From Mobula hypostoma (Eukaryota), in assembly GCF_963921235.1 (NCBI RefSeq), contig NC_086109.1:18416001-18480000 (forward strand): a stretch of DNA of 64,000 bases. The letters are read 5' to 3'. Positions within the stretch are counted from its first letter, which is position 1. Every line of letters starts with the position of its first letter. The translations under genes were made by a program, and so were the position numbers. Below, piece by piece: positions 1 to 12,226 of this stretch. The notes under the pieces were generated by a model. That model did no database searches and had not been told where the DNA came from. It saw only the letters and a program-made list of their open reading frames with translations.

Positions 1-1353
1 CCTGCTCCTGTACTCGAATCCTCTCGCTATAAATGCCAGCATACCATTTGCCTTTTTCACCGCCTGCTGTACCTGCATGCCCACTTTCAATGACTGGTGT
101 ATAATGACACCCAGGTCTCGTTGCACCTCCCCTTTTCCTAATCGGCCACCATTCAGATAATAATCTGTTTTCCTATTTTTGCCACCAAAGTGGATAACTT
201 CACATTTATCCACATTAAATTGCACCTGCCATGAGTTTGCCCACTCACCTAACCTATCCAAGTCACCCTGCATCCTCTTAGCATCCTCCTCACTGCTAAC
301 ACTGCCACCCAGCTTCGTGTCATCCGCAAACTTGGAGATGCTGCATTTAATTCCCTCATCCAAGTCATTAATATATATTGTAAACAACTGGGGTCCCAGC
401 ACTGAGCCTTGCGGTACCCCACTAGTCACCGCCTGCCATTCTGAAAAGGTCCCGTTTATTCCCACTCTTTGCTTCCTGTCTGCTAACCAATTCTCCACCC
501 ACACCAATACCTTTCCCCCAATACCGTGTGCTTTAAGTTTGCACACTAATCTCCTGTGTGGGACCTTGTCAAAAGCCTTTTGAAAATCCAAATATACCAC
601 ATCCACTGGTTCTCCCCTATCCACTCTACTAGTTACATCCTCAAAAAATTCTATGAGATTCGTCAGACATGATTTTCCTTTCACAAATCCATGCTGACTT
701 TGTCCGATCATTTCACCGCTTTCCAAATGTGCTGTTATCACATCCTTGATAACTGACTCCAGCAGTTTCCCCACCACCGACGTTAGGCTAACCGGTCTAT
801 AATTCCCCGGTTTCTCTCTCCCTCCTTTTTTAAAAAGTGGGGTTACATTAGCCACCCTCCAATCCTCAGGAACTAGTCCAGAATCTAACGAGTTTTGAAA
901 AATTATCACTAATGCATCCACTATTTCTTGGGCTACTTCCTTAAGCACTCTGGGATGCAGACCATCTGGCCCTGGGGATTTATCTGCCTTCAATCCCTTC
1001 AATTTACCTAACACCACTTCCCTACTAACATGTATTTCACTCAGTTCCTCCATCTCACTGGACCCTCTGTCCCTTACTATTTCTGGAAGATTATTTATGT
1101 CCTCCTTAGTGAAGACAGAACCAAAGTAATTATTCAATTGGTCTGCCATGTCCTTGCTCCCCATAATCAATTCACCTGTTTCTGTCTGCAGGGGACCTAC
1201 ATTTGTCTTTACCAGTCTTTTCCTTTTTACATACCTATAAAAGCTTTTACAGTCCGTTTTTATGTTCCCCGCCAGTTTTCTCTCATAATCTTTTTTCCCC
1301 TTCCTAATTAAGCCCTTTGTCCTCCTCTGCTGAACTCTGAATTTCTCCCAGTC
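1..1353 (-). mobile_element. Young 5'-truncated CR1 (HER1-like) LINE, ORF2 reverse transcriptase region, running off the left edge
   Basis: Manual translation of 1353->1 gives 451 codons with no stop, including KSPGPDG, NYRPVSLTS, LDFQKAFDKV, GVPQGSVLGP and FADDTKL. It is absent from the ORF track, presumably because no stop falls inside the window. Confidence 0.97.
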
Positions 1354-1738
1354 ACCCATTATGCTGTTCTACTGCATTCACGCACATCAACTGCACTGAT
1401 GGTGCTCATGAGGCACTCCAGGGTGGTATTCTGCTACAACTGAGCTGGGCTGCTCCCACACAACTCCAGTGATACAGGTTCAAACCTGACTGCTGCTCCC
1501 GTTTGTGTGGAACTTACACGTCCTCATTGTGATTGTGTGGACCTTCCCCGGGTACTCCAGTTCCCTCCCACTTGGCCGCTGGAAATCATCTCTAATGTCC
1601 AGCAGAGTGGGAGGAGTTGATAAGAATGTGGGGTGAATAAAACAGAAATATAATCTAAATGGGTGATTGGTGGTTGGTGGGAAGGGCCTGTTTATGTCCT
1701 GTATAGATCTGTAATCTGTTCCTCTATGCAACTTCATC

Positions 1739-2078
1739 TGTCAGGAAATACAGAGGAGGTTTGGAGCAAAATCAGAGCAGCGGGGACGGTTCAGCAGTGA
1801 ACGATAACTTCAATAATAGACCGCAAAACGATAAGCCACGAGGGGCCACCAACCAAGGCAGAAGAGAAACTAAACATGACGGGGAACCATGTAAACTTTA
1901 GGCAGGGAGAGTGAAAGCTCGAGGCCCCGGTTCGATGAGTGACTGAGGACTCTGGATGAGAACCGGGGTTAAATGTGCTGCAGGTGATGAGTCTGGAGCG
2001 AGTGGCAGGTGAATCCTATTACCTGGGTGGAGTCTGGGAGGTGCCTGCACGGGAAGAATCAGCGGGTGCAGCCCTGAT
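1739..2078. mobile_element. Possible solo LTR
   Basis: Begins TGTCAGG and ends CCTGATA (imperfect terminal inverted repeat). No clean TSD. Confidence 0.35.
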
Positions 2079-2127
2079 ATCACATGGGGAGTAGTGGAAA
2101 ATGCCATTCTCTCCCAAAGCAATGAAG

Positions 2128-2390
2128 CAGGGTAGTGTGGTGGTTAGCTCAACTACTTTAGAGTACAGGTGACCTGGGTTCAATTCCTGCCACTTCCTGT
2201 AAGGAGTTTGTATGTTTTCCCCGTGACTACATATGCTTCCTCAGACAGTCCAAAGACATACTGGTTGGGAGGTTAATTGTCAATTGCAAATTGCTGCATG
2301 ATTAGGCTCAGACTACATTGGAGGGTTGCTGGGTGGTGCAGCTCAAAGGGCTGGAAGGGACTATCCCATGCTGTATATCAATTAAAAAAA
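2128..2390 (+). mobile_element. HE1-like V-SINE (tRNA-derived)
   Basis: A-box-like GTGTGGTGGTTAGC, B-box GGGTTCAATTCC, V-domain GGAGTTTGTATGTTTTCCCCGTGAC, CR1-like tail GGGCTGGAAGGG, A-rich end. Confidence 0.8.
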
Positions 2391-2689
2391 TTACTGAGAT
2401 TGCTAGATTTTGCTTTGTTAGAACATTGAGCAATACAGCACAGTCCTGTTGTTCCACAATGCTGTGTCAAGCAACATAAAACTACTCTCCATAATCTTCT
2501 TTCCTATACACCCCAGGACCCTCCATTTCTTTTTAACCCTTGTGTCTTTTAAATGTCTCTATCGTATCAGCCTCTAGCACCATCCCAGGCAATGTTTTCC
2601 AGGCACTCATCGCCGTGTTAAAAAAAACACTACATTTGACATCTCGCCCTAATTTTTCCTCCTCTCACCTTAGATAAAGATATTATGAC

Positions 2690-3172
2690 TTACAGACCAG
2701 AACACGTTGAGAAACAGAACAAACATGATCTAATTGGAGAGCCAAGCAGATCCGTTGACTAAATGATCTACCAGAGGCAAAAGCCTGAAGATTGTACACT
2801 GAAGTCAGCATGTCCATCGGCAGGGGCCCAAAGGAGTCACGAGGGCCTGAGACCCCGGGATCGGAGGTCCGCGCCAGTCGGGAAGTTGCGGTCCGATGAT
2901 CAAACCCATGACTGGTGCGAAATCCGAAGTTGGAGGCCCAGTGTCTGCGCATCTGAGAATCCGAGGCAAAGGACTGGAGGCTCAGAGGTGACTGGTCCTG
3001 AGATTGGAGGCCTGTTAGTCGGTTGTTTGCTGTTGCTTGTGTTGTTCCTCTGACGTGCTCTGTTGGCGTGAGATTGTGTGGCGACAATTCCAGCACGGCC
3101 TTGAGTGTACAGTACAGTGTTGGTGGTTAACACAAACGACGCATTATGTGTGATTCATAAATCTAAATCCGA
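2690..3172 (+). repeat. Non-autonomous retroposon or LINE 3' UTR fragment
   Basis: 3' part (GTTAACACAAACGACGCATT...ATAAATCTAAATC) is shared with minus-strand copies near 39370 and 47480. Confidence 0.5.
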
Positions 3173-3923
3173 ATTTGATCAACCAATTTCTTCCCTCTTC
3201 AACTCGCTCTCACATCTGGCGTCACCCTATCACGAGCACTAACAAAACACAATTGCTCTACAAACCACTAAATTATTGACAACTTTGCCCTGTCCTAACG
3301 AACAAAACAACCCGTGGTTAGAGAATAGGACAGTATGTTTCCTGTACTTGTGTGTGAACGTTTGTTGCTCTTTATTCATTTAAGACGTAGAAGTGTCAGC
3401 AGCTACATTGAACCAGGGGAAGCAGATTACCAAGCGCCAGTGGGGCATACGTGGACCCAAGGGATGGTTCTTTTGACTGCCCGTGTCACCAGCAGTCTAT
3501 CCACGACTTACATTTTATTATCACCAGTGTATAAATAACATGGTGATATATACTGTTAAAAATAATGTGTGTGTAGGTGTGAAAATAATCGAACCGCCGG
3601 CTCTGCTGGCACTGTTTTCTGACATTACTTCTGAACGATCTCCCACCCACCTCATCAAGTTATTCGCGGTAAGTGGCTGGAAGCCTCTACCTCTGGGGCA
3701 GCGAAGTGCCAGGGTGAGCTGAATGTCACCGCCACTAGATCAAGAGCAAAGCAGCCTTTACAGATCAGTCCGTGACTTAAAATGTAATCCTCCCACCCCC
3801 ACCCCCGCCCCCGCCCCACATAAAGACAGTAATAAATGCCGAGTTGTCCTTGCCACAGGTGCATCTAAAATGCTGCGCTCCCAGCCTTTTGAGAAGCAAT
3901 GGTCGTGCCTGTGTCTGAGCTCG

Positions 3924-4101
3924 TGTGTGTATGTGTGTGTGTGTGTGTGTGGGTGTTTGTGTGTGTGTGTGCCTGTATATTATGTCTCTCTCTGTGTGTA
4001 TGTGCCTGTGTGCGTGTTTGTGTCTGTGAGTATCTGTGTGTGTGTGTGTGTGTGTGTGTGTATCTGTGAATATCTCTGTGTGTGTCTGTGAGTATCCGTG
4101 T
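3924..4101. repeat. Imperfect (GT)n microsatellite
   Basis: Directly visible. Confidence 0.95.
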
Positions 4102-4753
4102 GGCGGAGTGGCGGGTGACAGGCGTCGGAACTAAAGCCCAGTTTCCAGCTTCACCTAGTGCCCACACACGCCCATTTTCCAGCAGCAATCTCTGCGTGAG
4201 CCACCTCGAGCTGGATGCCAAATTCAGAGTCACCAGAGCTCCTAAACCAGTTCGTAATCCGATCCCCCAGTGAGAGAACGAGGGAGAGCCTCTCATTTAT
4301 AGTTGGCGGGTTGGGGAAAGTGAGGGTGTTCGGGAAGTAACCAAGAGACGACAGGATGAAACGCAAACCTGCAGACCCATACTCGGGCCTAAAGAAGGCC
4401 CAATCATCGGAGTGGGCGGTTCTCTTTATCAGTTTAGCTCGCCAATTTAAACCGTTTAGTATAACCCCATTTATAAATAAAAATCAACCACGTCCTCTTA
4501 CTTTATTTTATGCTTTCTAGTCAGTCATTTGCCAACGCTTGAATTAACTCCCGACTTCACCACAAGCAAGGAGTCAACAGCTGGGCTCGACCCCGCTACA
4601 TCCGCCAGCTCGATACATTTTAATCCAATTGTCTCCCCCGCTCCCTTCAAAAAGAATTTTGATACACAAGAACCAAGAGAAGGAGGAAAATAAACAATCT
4701 TGTAAAACGAACAACTGCAACAGCGGGGTGGGGGTGGGGTGGGGAGAGAACAA

Positions 4754-4755
<2 letters not shown>

Positions 4756-4796
<41 letters not shown>

Positions 4797-4806
4797 GCTC
4801 ACACAC
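4756..4806. repeat. (CA)n microsatellite
   Basis: Directly visible, immediately inside the candidate intron. Confidence 0.95.
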
Positions 4807-4810
4807 TCAC

Positions 4811-4865
4811 CCCAACTCCGGCGAGTCTCTGGAAATTCTGGGACCGGCAGTTCCAAGGTGATCAT
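4811..4865 (-). CDS. Candidate first coding exon MITLELPVPEFPETRRSW (phase 1) of an unidentified gene extending left
   Basis: AGCATGA start context (A at -3), consensus donor GG|GTGAGT at 4810-4805, inside the CpG island. Protein not recognised. Confidence 0.35.
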
Positions 4866-5577
4866 GCTATTTACAATGTTGAAAATCAAATCAAAGTATC
4901 GTTCACTGCCACAGAGAAAGCCTCTCCGGTCGTTTTGCAGGAGGCTGGGGGTGTGGAGAGGAAGAAGAAGGAGAGACTCTGGGTAAAGGTTGCATTTCCT
5001 CTTCGACCTGGAGGCGCGGGTCTCCCAGTTCCCACCGCTCAGTTTCAAGCCTGTCGATGTCTCGTCCCGTCCGCTTGTTAACTTCACCACGTCTGCTGTC
5101 TCCGGGGATTTCCTGGTGTCGGAGCGAAGAAGAGAAGGCTGCTGGCGGCGGGTGATTATGCGTGGATCAACACTTTAAGGATTCTCCCACGTTTTTTTTT
5201 GTTCTTCTTTGCTTCTCGCCCTCCTCACGCAACGTCAAGAAGAACAAGGGGTCTCTGCAATCGCCCCTATCACTCGCTGACGCGGTAAAACAGCTCTGCC
5301 CTGTGTCGATTTCTGTCAGGTTTTCCCCCACCCCGCCCCTTTCTCCCTTCCGATCGATTCCCCCTCGGTTCCTGGGAGCTGTCAGACATCCGCGGGAGTC
5401 CGCGCTGTCCTACGCACACGCCTGTTTCACTCTCGGCGTTTCGTATCGCAGCATGGAAACTCGAGACACAAACGCACATCGGCCTAAACAGAAATGGTAC
5501 TGTGGAGGTCACTGTCATTTGCCGACTCGCGGCCGGTCAGTAGCTTTGGAAGTTATACAAGAACTTAAAGAAGTACA

Positions 5578-5882
5578 CAACACACAGCAAATATTGGAAT
5601 CTGGAGCAAAAAATAAGGAATCTGCTGGAGGAACTCAACGGATCAGGCAGCATCTTAAATATTGGGACAGATGCAGGATCTCCATTCTAAACGTTGTAAG
5701 TTCTTTTGCTCCCACAAATGCTGCTCGATTTGTTGACTTCCTTCAGCAGCTTATACTCATATACTCATCGGACCTTACACTGCTAAATCCCGATGAAGAG
5801 TTTCGGCCCAAAACGCCGACATTTTCCTTTTTTCCATAGATGCTGCCTGGCCTGCTGAGTTCCTCCAGCATTTTGTGTGTAC
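5578..5882. repeat. Penelope-type terminal repeat fragments with a degenerate hammerhead core
   Basis: TGCTGGAGGAACTCA/GCAGCATC motifs in both orientations; CCGATGAAGAGTTTCGGCCCAAAACG near 5790-5815. Confidence 0.65.
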
Positions 5883-6639
5883 TACCTGATCCATTCCCGG
5901 CTCCACTTCTACTTTCCTGCCCAAATTTACCACCTCTTAACCAAAGAGCCATCCGTCCCGAATACAGTTAGTGAGCGGCATCCACAGCCCTCTGTGGGAG
6001 TTCCCCAAAAATTTGCAGCTTCTCTAAAATTCCCCTTGCATCTCATTCATCAAATGTTTATCTAGGTGTATTTTTAAATACACTGGCCGTTCTGCATCCG
6101 CCACCGATTCAGACAGTAGCTTGCAGAGCCCCATCACACTTTGTGTAATTCCTTCCCTGTCAACTCCTCTCTAAACTTTTTACCAATTAGTTTAACCTGC
6201 GCTCTTTAGTAAGTGACTTCAATGTCAACAGAAACGAGGCCTTTCCTGTAAATCCCATCTAGGCCTCTGGAAATTTTATACATCTCAATTAAATGATAAT
6301 GATCCGTGCAAACACCAGGCCGTCCAAAGTCCAGTTTAAAATAGAGATCAGACATTTTAAAGCATGGGACATTATTAACTGAGAAATTAAAGATAATGAG
6401 CTATCTAATAGAACATTCAAAGAAATTGAAAATGCAAGGCCATTGAGAAAGAGCCAGAGTATAGAATTGATGTCCCTATCAAATACCAGACACTGTGCTG
6501 TAAATCTGTCGTCACGTAGTTATTGTGGTTAAAAATATCAGGGTCTGCAGACCCTTGTGTTGAGGATGAAATAACAGGCACTGTTCGCTGTTGTTGAAAG
6601 AAGGTCCCTGTACTCGGACGTTCGTGTGTTCGTTCTCGT

Positions 6640-6712
6640 TTTCTTTCTTTCTTTTTCTTTCTTTCTTTCTTTCTCTCTTTCTCTCTCTCTCTCTCTCTTC
6701 CCCCCCCCCCCG
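6640..6712. repeat. (CTTT)n/(CT)n plus poly-C low-complexity tract
   Basis: Directly visible. Confidence 0.9.
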
Positions 6713-6719
6713 CCCCCAG

Positions 6720-7168
6720 CAGGGTACTCGAGTTGGGTACCCAGGCAAGAGACGCGGTAGACTGTAACATCGAAACATCGAGTTGCTGGTCTCCCCTCTC
6801 TCACTGTTGGAGGGGCGATACCTGTCTCTCCCTTGCTAGTGGGAGACAGCCTATTTGAGGTGTCGAAGTTTGGAATGGACAGTAGAATGGACTCTACATC
6901 ATAGGCTCTTGGGGGGGGGCTATGCTATTGCTTACATGATGGTTGGGGAAGGGTTGACGTTTTAACTGAACAAAGTGCAGGGAGGGGGGAGGACAGGGTT
7001 GATGCTTTTGCTGTAGCTTGTGAGTGGGGGGCGGGATGTCTTTGGAGTTCTAAAGTTTTCTGTCATTCAATTCTTTGTTTTATTTCCTGTTTTGTGGATG
7101 CCTGCAAAGAGTAATATTTTCAGGTTGTATATTGTAGTATTCTCTGATATTAAATTCGACCATTGAAC
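6720..7168 (+). repeat. Older non-coding retroposon related to 10169-10880
   Basis: Shares ACTGTAACATCG and the tail TTTCAGGTTGTAT...ATTAAA...TTGAACC. The same tail occurs at about 25740-25910. Confidence 0.5.
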
Positions 7169-7906
7169 CCCACCATGGATGGTCCCAAGTCCAGCTGTGG
7201 GTTAGGCAGGGGGCTAGCAACCACATTCCGTAAAAGGTCCACAGGTCCAGACCCACCCCCTCGACATCCCCTCCCGGATCCAGCGGCACGCTGGGGTCCG
7301 AGACGGCTGGGGGAGGTTCTGTTGCAGTGAATGGCCAGACCAAAATTCGATGCAAGGGGTGCCCTTTCCGTGCTCCAGGGCACGTGTTTGCTAGATGGCC
7401 ATTGACCCTACCAGAGGGTTCATCTACCCTTTGACAGGTCTTGTTTCTCATCCTGCAGGGTGTCGAGCCACCCTCGTCACCGGGCAAGCCTGGTGGGGGA
7501 GCCGGTTTAGTCGCCGACCACCCGACCATGCGACAGGCAGTACTGGGTTGCATGGTACCAGTAGCACTCAGATGAGTGACCTGACCCCAGTAGGTGTGAT
7601 AGGCTTCAGAAGAAGGAGCCCCTTGTATCACCAGCAAATACAACATGCGCTAAATAACCTCTTTCCATGCTCTATTATGCTCTTTCTACCTACAGGCATT
7701 TGAAAATTATGGGTGAAACTTAAGTGTGTCTATAATACATCCAATTAGAAGCTCAGCCAGAGCTTTGTGATTTAGAATCTGAACTCTGGAAAGGATGGAG
7801 AACTGGCTATAACAAGGAGCAGTTGAGATCACCAAGTATCAAATCATTTTAAATTAATCTGGATAAGTGTATGAGGGAGAGAGATATGCAAATTGGGTGA
7901 GAACAA

Positions 7907-9510
7907 GTGGGAGGAAAAGTAAATTTATTACAAAGTACATATATGTCACCATATACAATCCTGAAGTTCATTTTCTTGCGGGCATACTCAATAAATCCAA
8001 TAGCCATAATAGAGTCAATGGGAGACTGCACCAACAGGGTGGACAGCCAGTGTGCAAAAGACAACAAACTGTGCAAATATAAAAGAAAACAAGAAGCAAT
8101 AATAATGATAATAAATAAGTTAGCAATAAATATCAAGAACATGAGATGAAGAGTCCCAGAAAGTAACTCCATAGGTTATGGGAATAGTTCAGTGATGGGG
8201 CAAGTGTAGCTGAGTGAAGTTATCCCCTCTGGTTCAGGAGCCTGGTGGTGTGAGTCCTGAGGCTCCTGTACCTTCTCCCTGATGGCAGCAGCGAGCTGGG
8301 TGGTGGGGTCCCCGATGATGTTTGCTGCTTTCCTGTGACAGCACTCCATACAGATATGCTCAGTGGTGGGGAGGCCTCTACCTGTGATTGGCTGGGCCAT
8401 ACCCACTACTCTTTGTAGATTTTTCCTTTCAAGGGCATTGGTGTTTCCATACCAGGATGTGATGCAGCCAGTCAATATACACTCCACCACACCTCAGTAG
8501 AAGTCTGTCAAGATTACAGATGCTACGCCAAAACTTCGCAAACTTTTCAGCCATTAGAGGCGCTGCTGTGCTTTCTTAGTACTTATGTACTGGGCCCAGG
8601 ACAGGTCCTTTGTAAAGATTTAAAGTTGCTGACCTTCTCCACCACTGAACCCCAATAAGGACTGGCTCATAAACCTCTGATTTCCTCCTCCTGAAGTCAA
8701 TAATCAGCTCCTTCGTCTTGCTGGTATTGAGTGAGAAGCTGCTGTTATGGCACCAGTCAGCTGTATTTTCAATCTCCCTCCTATATGCTGATTCATCACC
8801 ATCTTTAATTCGGTCCATGACAGTGGCAAACTTAAATATGGCACTGGAAATGCGCTTTGCCACACAGCTATAAGTGTAAAGCAATTAGAGCTGGGGCTAA
8901 ACACACAGCTTTTTGGGTCACCTGCATGGAGGAAATTTTTTACCAATCCAAACTGACTGGGGTTTGCAAATAAGGAAATTGAGGATCCAATTGCACATGG
9001 AGGCATTGAGACCAAGGTCTTGAAGTTTATTGATTAATTTTGAGAGGCTGATAGTATTGAATGCTGGGCTGTAGTCGATAAAGAGCAGCCTGATCCATGC
9101 ATCTTCGATGTCCAGATGTTGCAGGTTCAGTGAAGTGCCAAAGAAATGGCATCTGCTGTGGACCTGCTGTGATGTTCGGTAAATTGGAGCAGATCTAAGT
9201 CGCTCCTCCGGCAGGGGTTGATATGTTACATCACCAAACTCTCAAAACATTTCATCACAGTAGATGAAAATGATACTGGATCATACCCAGTGAGGCAGCT
9301 TACCACATACTTCTAAGGCACCGGTTGAATTGAAGCCTGCTTGAAGCAGGTGGGTAGCTCAGACTGCTGAAGTGAGAGGTTAAAGATATTGGTGAACACT
9401 TCAGCCAGTTGATCAGCAGAGGTCTTCAGTACCTGGCCAGGTACCCCATCTGGGCTGGATGCTTTCTGTGGGTTCACCCTCCTGAATGCTGCTCGCACAT
9501 CGGCCTCAAA
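7907..9510 (-). mobile_element. Degenerate Rex1/Babar LINE (RT, C-terminus and 3' UTR)
   Basis: ORF fragments FRRVNPQKASSPDGVPGQVLK, DESAYRREIE..WCHNSS.SLNTSKTKELIIDFRR and ECILTGCITSWYGN, followed by the recurrent 3' tail. Confidence 0.9.
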
Positions 9511-9619
9511 GAGACTGAAATCACAGGATCATTGGATCAACAGAAGCATTGGCCCTCTAGTTTGGACTGCAGGGCAAAGAATTTGTGATGTGAGTTTCGT
9601 GTAATCTGGTGGGCTCATT

Positions 9620-10110
9620 ACAGAGAAGATGCAGAGGCTGTGGGGAGGTTCCAGAAAAGGCTTACCAGGATGCTCCCCGGTTCAGAGGGCATGTGCTATA
9701 AGAGAGTTTGGGCAAACTTGGGTTGCTTTTGCTGGAACATCAGAAGATGACAGGAGACCTCACAGAGCTTTATATAAAGAGGGAAGACGTACAAAACATG
9801 AATAGTCAGAATCTTTTTTCCACGAAGTGGAAATATCCAATACTAGAAAGTATGGGTTTAAGGTGAGAGGGGGAAAGTTTGAAGGAAAAGTGTGAGGCAA
9901 GTGTATTACACAGGGTGCATGGAATGTGCTGCCAGGGGTGGTGGTATTTAAGACATCATTACATGGGCATGCGATCTGGGCATGTGGCCAGCAATGGAGG
10001 GATATGGATCATGTGCAGGCAGGTAGGATTAATTTAATTTGGTACATGGTTGCCATGGAGATGGTGGGTTTCAGGACCTGCTCTGTGCTATACAGTCGGT
10101 GTTCTGTGTT
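9620..10110 (+). mobile_element. Degenerate CR1 3' fragment
   Basis: AGGTTCCAGAAAAGGCTTACCAGGATG and TTTAAGGTGAGAGGGGGAAAG match the CR1 ORF2 end seen in other copies. Confidence 0.8.
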
Positions 10111-10168
10111 CTAATTCCAAGTAAATCAGCAAAAAGAAAAGATGATCAAACCGACCTATTAAACCATG

Positions 10169-10880
10169 GATGCCATGGGCACGATGGAGACAGCGTGCGT
10201 GAACCTCGTGGTGGGCGAGCTGATGTTCGACTCCATTTTGCCGATTAAAGTGACGGGGGGAAACTGTAACATCGAGGCGAATGCAGAAGTTCGGAGATCA
10301 TTTGGCTGTTCCAGTGCTCAACAGTCTCCGAGAGGGTTCCGGGAGACAGAGGCAGATTGTGCAGATATCGTGGAGGACAGGCTGCGGGATGGGCAGCAAG
10401 CCAATCTTTGACTCCATTTCGCCGATTAAAGCTTCCGCGATGCACCTATTGAAGCGACGAGGGAGATTGAAACATCGAGGCGAACCTGGAAGTTGAGCGA
10501 CAGCTGCTTGTCTTGTGATCACTCTGCTGCCGGAGAGGGGAGCGCCTGTCGCTGTGCCCGGAGACAGTTCCGCAGATTTTCTGCATTTTGGATATGGACT
10601 TGGACTATAGATATTATTTCAATCTTATAGTTTTAAAAAAAATATTCTGTGCTTTTTGCCCGATTTTTCTTGTTTTTGTTTATGCGGGGAGGTTGATGTG
10701 CCAGTTCCGTTTTTTCCAGCATCTGCAGATTTTCTCTTGTTTCTGTTTTGTTCGTTTTTTTTATGCGGAAGGAGGGATTTGGGGGATGATGATCGTGCTG
10801 CCTTTCTTTTCTTTCTTGGTTTCGTAGCAACCCAGAGAAAAAGAATTTCAGAGTTGTATACTTTGATAAATTAACCTTTG
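10169..10880 (+). mobile_element. CpG-rich non-coding retroposon with LINE-type tail
   Basis: Flanking 7-bp duplication AACCATG (10162-10168, 10881-10887), tail AAGAATTTCAGAGTTGTAT...TTTGAAC, internal direct repeats. Confidence 0.65.
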
Positions 10881-11072
10881 AACCATGAAGGTAGAAGTGC
10901 ACTCTGTTATATTGCAGAAGGAAAGCCGGTTTCCATAGCATTTATGCCCTGTGCATATTTACCTATGACAATAAACTTGAACTTGCAGAATGGGCCCGTG
11001 CTTGAGTGCCCTCTTCTCCTTGCTGCCTTCAGGAAGGAGGTACAGGAGACTGGAGGCACACTCAACATTTTA

Positions 11073-11556
11073 CAATAGACAATAGGTGCAGAAGTAGTCC
11101 ATTCGGCCCATCGAGCCTGCACCGCCATTCGGAGATCATGGCTGATCATGTACTATCAATACTTAGTTCCTGCCTTGTCCCCATAACCCTTGATTCCCCT
11201 ATCCATAAGATACCTATCTAGTTCCTTCTTGAAAGCATCCAGAGAATTGGCCTCCACTGCCTTCTGAGGCAGCGCATTCCACACCTCCACAACTCTCTGG
11301 GAGAAGAAGTTCCTCCTCAACTCTGTCCTAAATGACCTACCCCTTATTCTTAAACCATGCCCTCTGGTACTGGACTCTCCCAGCATCGGGAATATATTTC
11401 CTGCCTCTATCTTGTCCAATCCCTTAATAATCTTATATGTCTCAATCAGATCCCCCCTCAATCTCCTTAATTCCAACGTGTACAAGCCCAGTCTCTCTAA
11501 CCTGTCTGCGTAAGACAGTCCGGACATCCCAGGAATTAACCTAGTGAACCTAGTGA
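11073..11556 (-). mobile_element. Young 5'-truncated CR1, inserted in a Rex-type 3' fragment
   Basis: Intact ORF2 C-terminus (RRLRGDLIETYK..FFSQRVVEVWNALP), CTATTGT tail repeat, TSD ATTTTA at 11067-11072 and 11557-11562. Confidence 0.93.
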
Positions 11557-12226
11557 ATTTTAGGAACAGCTTCTTCCATTCTGCCATCAGATTTCTGTAT
11601 GGACATTGAATCCATGAACACTACCTCACTACTACCTTGTACTCCTTATTTAATTTAACTTAAAAAATTTATATATATATGTACAGTGTATACATCTTAC
11701 TGTAATTCACAGTCTTTCTTATTTGGTATTGCAATGTACTGATGCTGCATAACAACAAATTTCACGACATATGCCAGTGATATTAAACCTGTTTCAGATT
11801 CGACACATATCTAATGGCAAAAATGCAAATGACATGAACCAAGCAAGCGTAAATGGGACAAGCTTAGATAGGTATCTTGGTCAGCATGGATAAATTGGGC
11901 CAAAGGGCCTATGCCCTGCTGTACGGCTCTATATATCACTTCTAATGTAGAGATATTAAAAATAACCCGAGCTTTCATAGAGATTTACGAAAATGTGTCT
12001 TGGTTGCAATTCTTTTCTTTCCACTCTGCCATTTTAGGGTTAATAGTTTTAATGAAAAAAGTCAGAGGGAGGTATTTCAGCAGAATATTTTAAGCATCAC
12101 TGCATTAACATTGCTGCGTCTCATTTCAAAGCCGTTCTGTAACTAGGAAAAGGTTTACAGGAAAAAAAAGTTGGCGGGAACTTTAATTAGTCTGGCAGGA
12201 TATCAATGGGAACAGATTTGCCAGTC

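Larger units (their letters stand above)
3590..5540. promoter_or_regulatory. CpG island / putative promoter region
   Basis: Many CG dinucleotides in apparently unique sequence against a CpG-depleted background. CCAAT boxes near 4399 and 4442, GC box GGGCGG near 4413, TATAAA on the minus strand near 4296-4301. Confidence 0.65.

Noticed and set aside
179..583. 134-aa plus-strand ORF (similarly 32941-33540 and 39033-39479)
   Set aside because: Antisense shadows of CR1 coding sequence.
4811..4865. STAG1 assignment from the MITxELPV resemblance
   Set aside because: Similarity stops after 8 residues, which is not enough for a gene symbol.
3723..5090. ORFs rich in CV/HT dipeptides
   Set aside because: Mostly translations of (GT)n/(CA)n microsatellites; only the short 4865-4811 segment is kept as a candidate.
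5162..5839. 225-aa ORF
   Set aside because: Non-ATG start, runs from the CpG island into repeat fragments, no recognisable domain.
7080..7703. 188-aa and overlapping ORFs
   Set aside because: GC-rich, probably LINE (RTE-like) 5' UTR remnants joined to a retroposon tail; no domain recognised.
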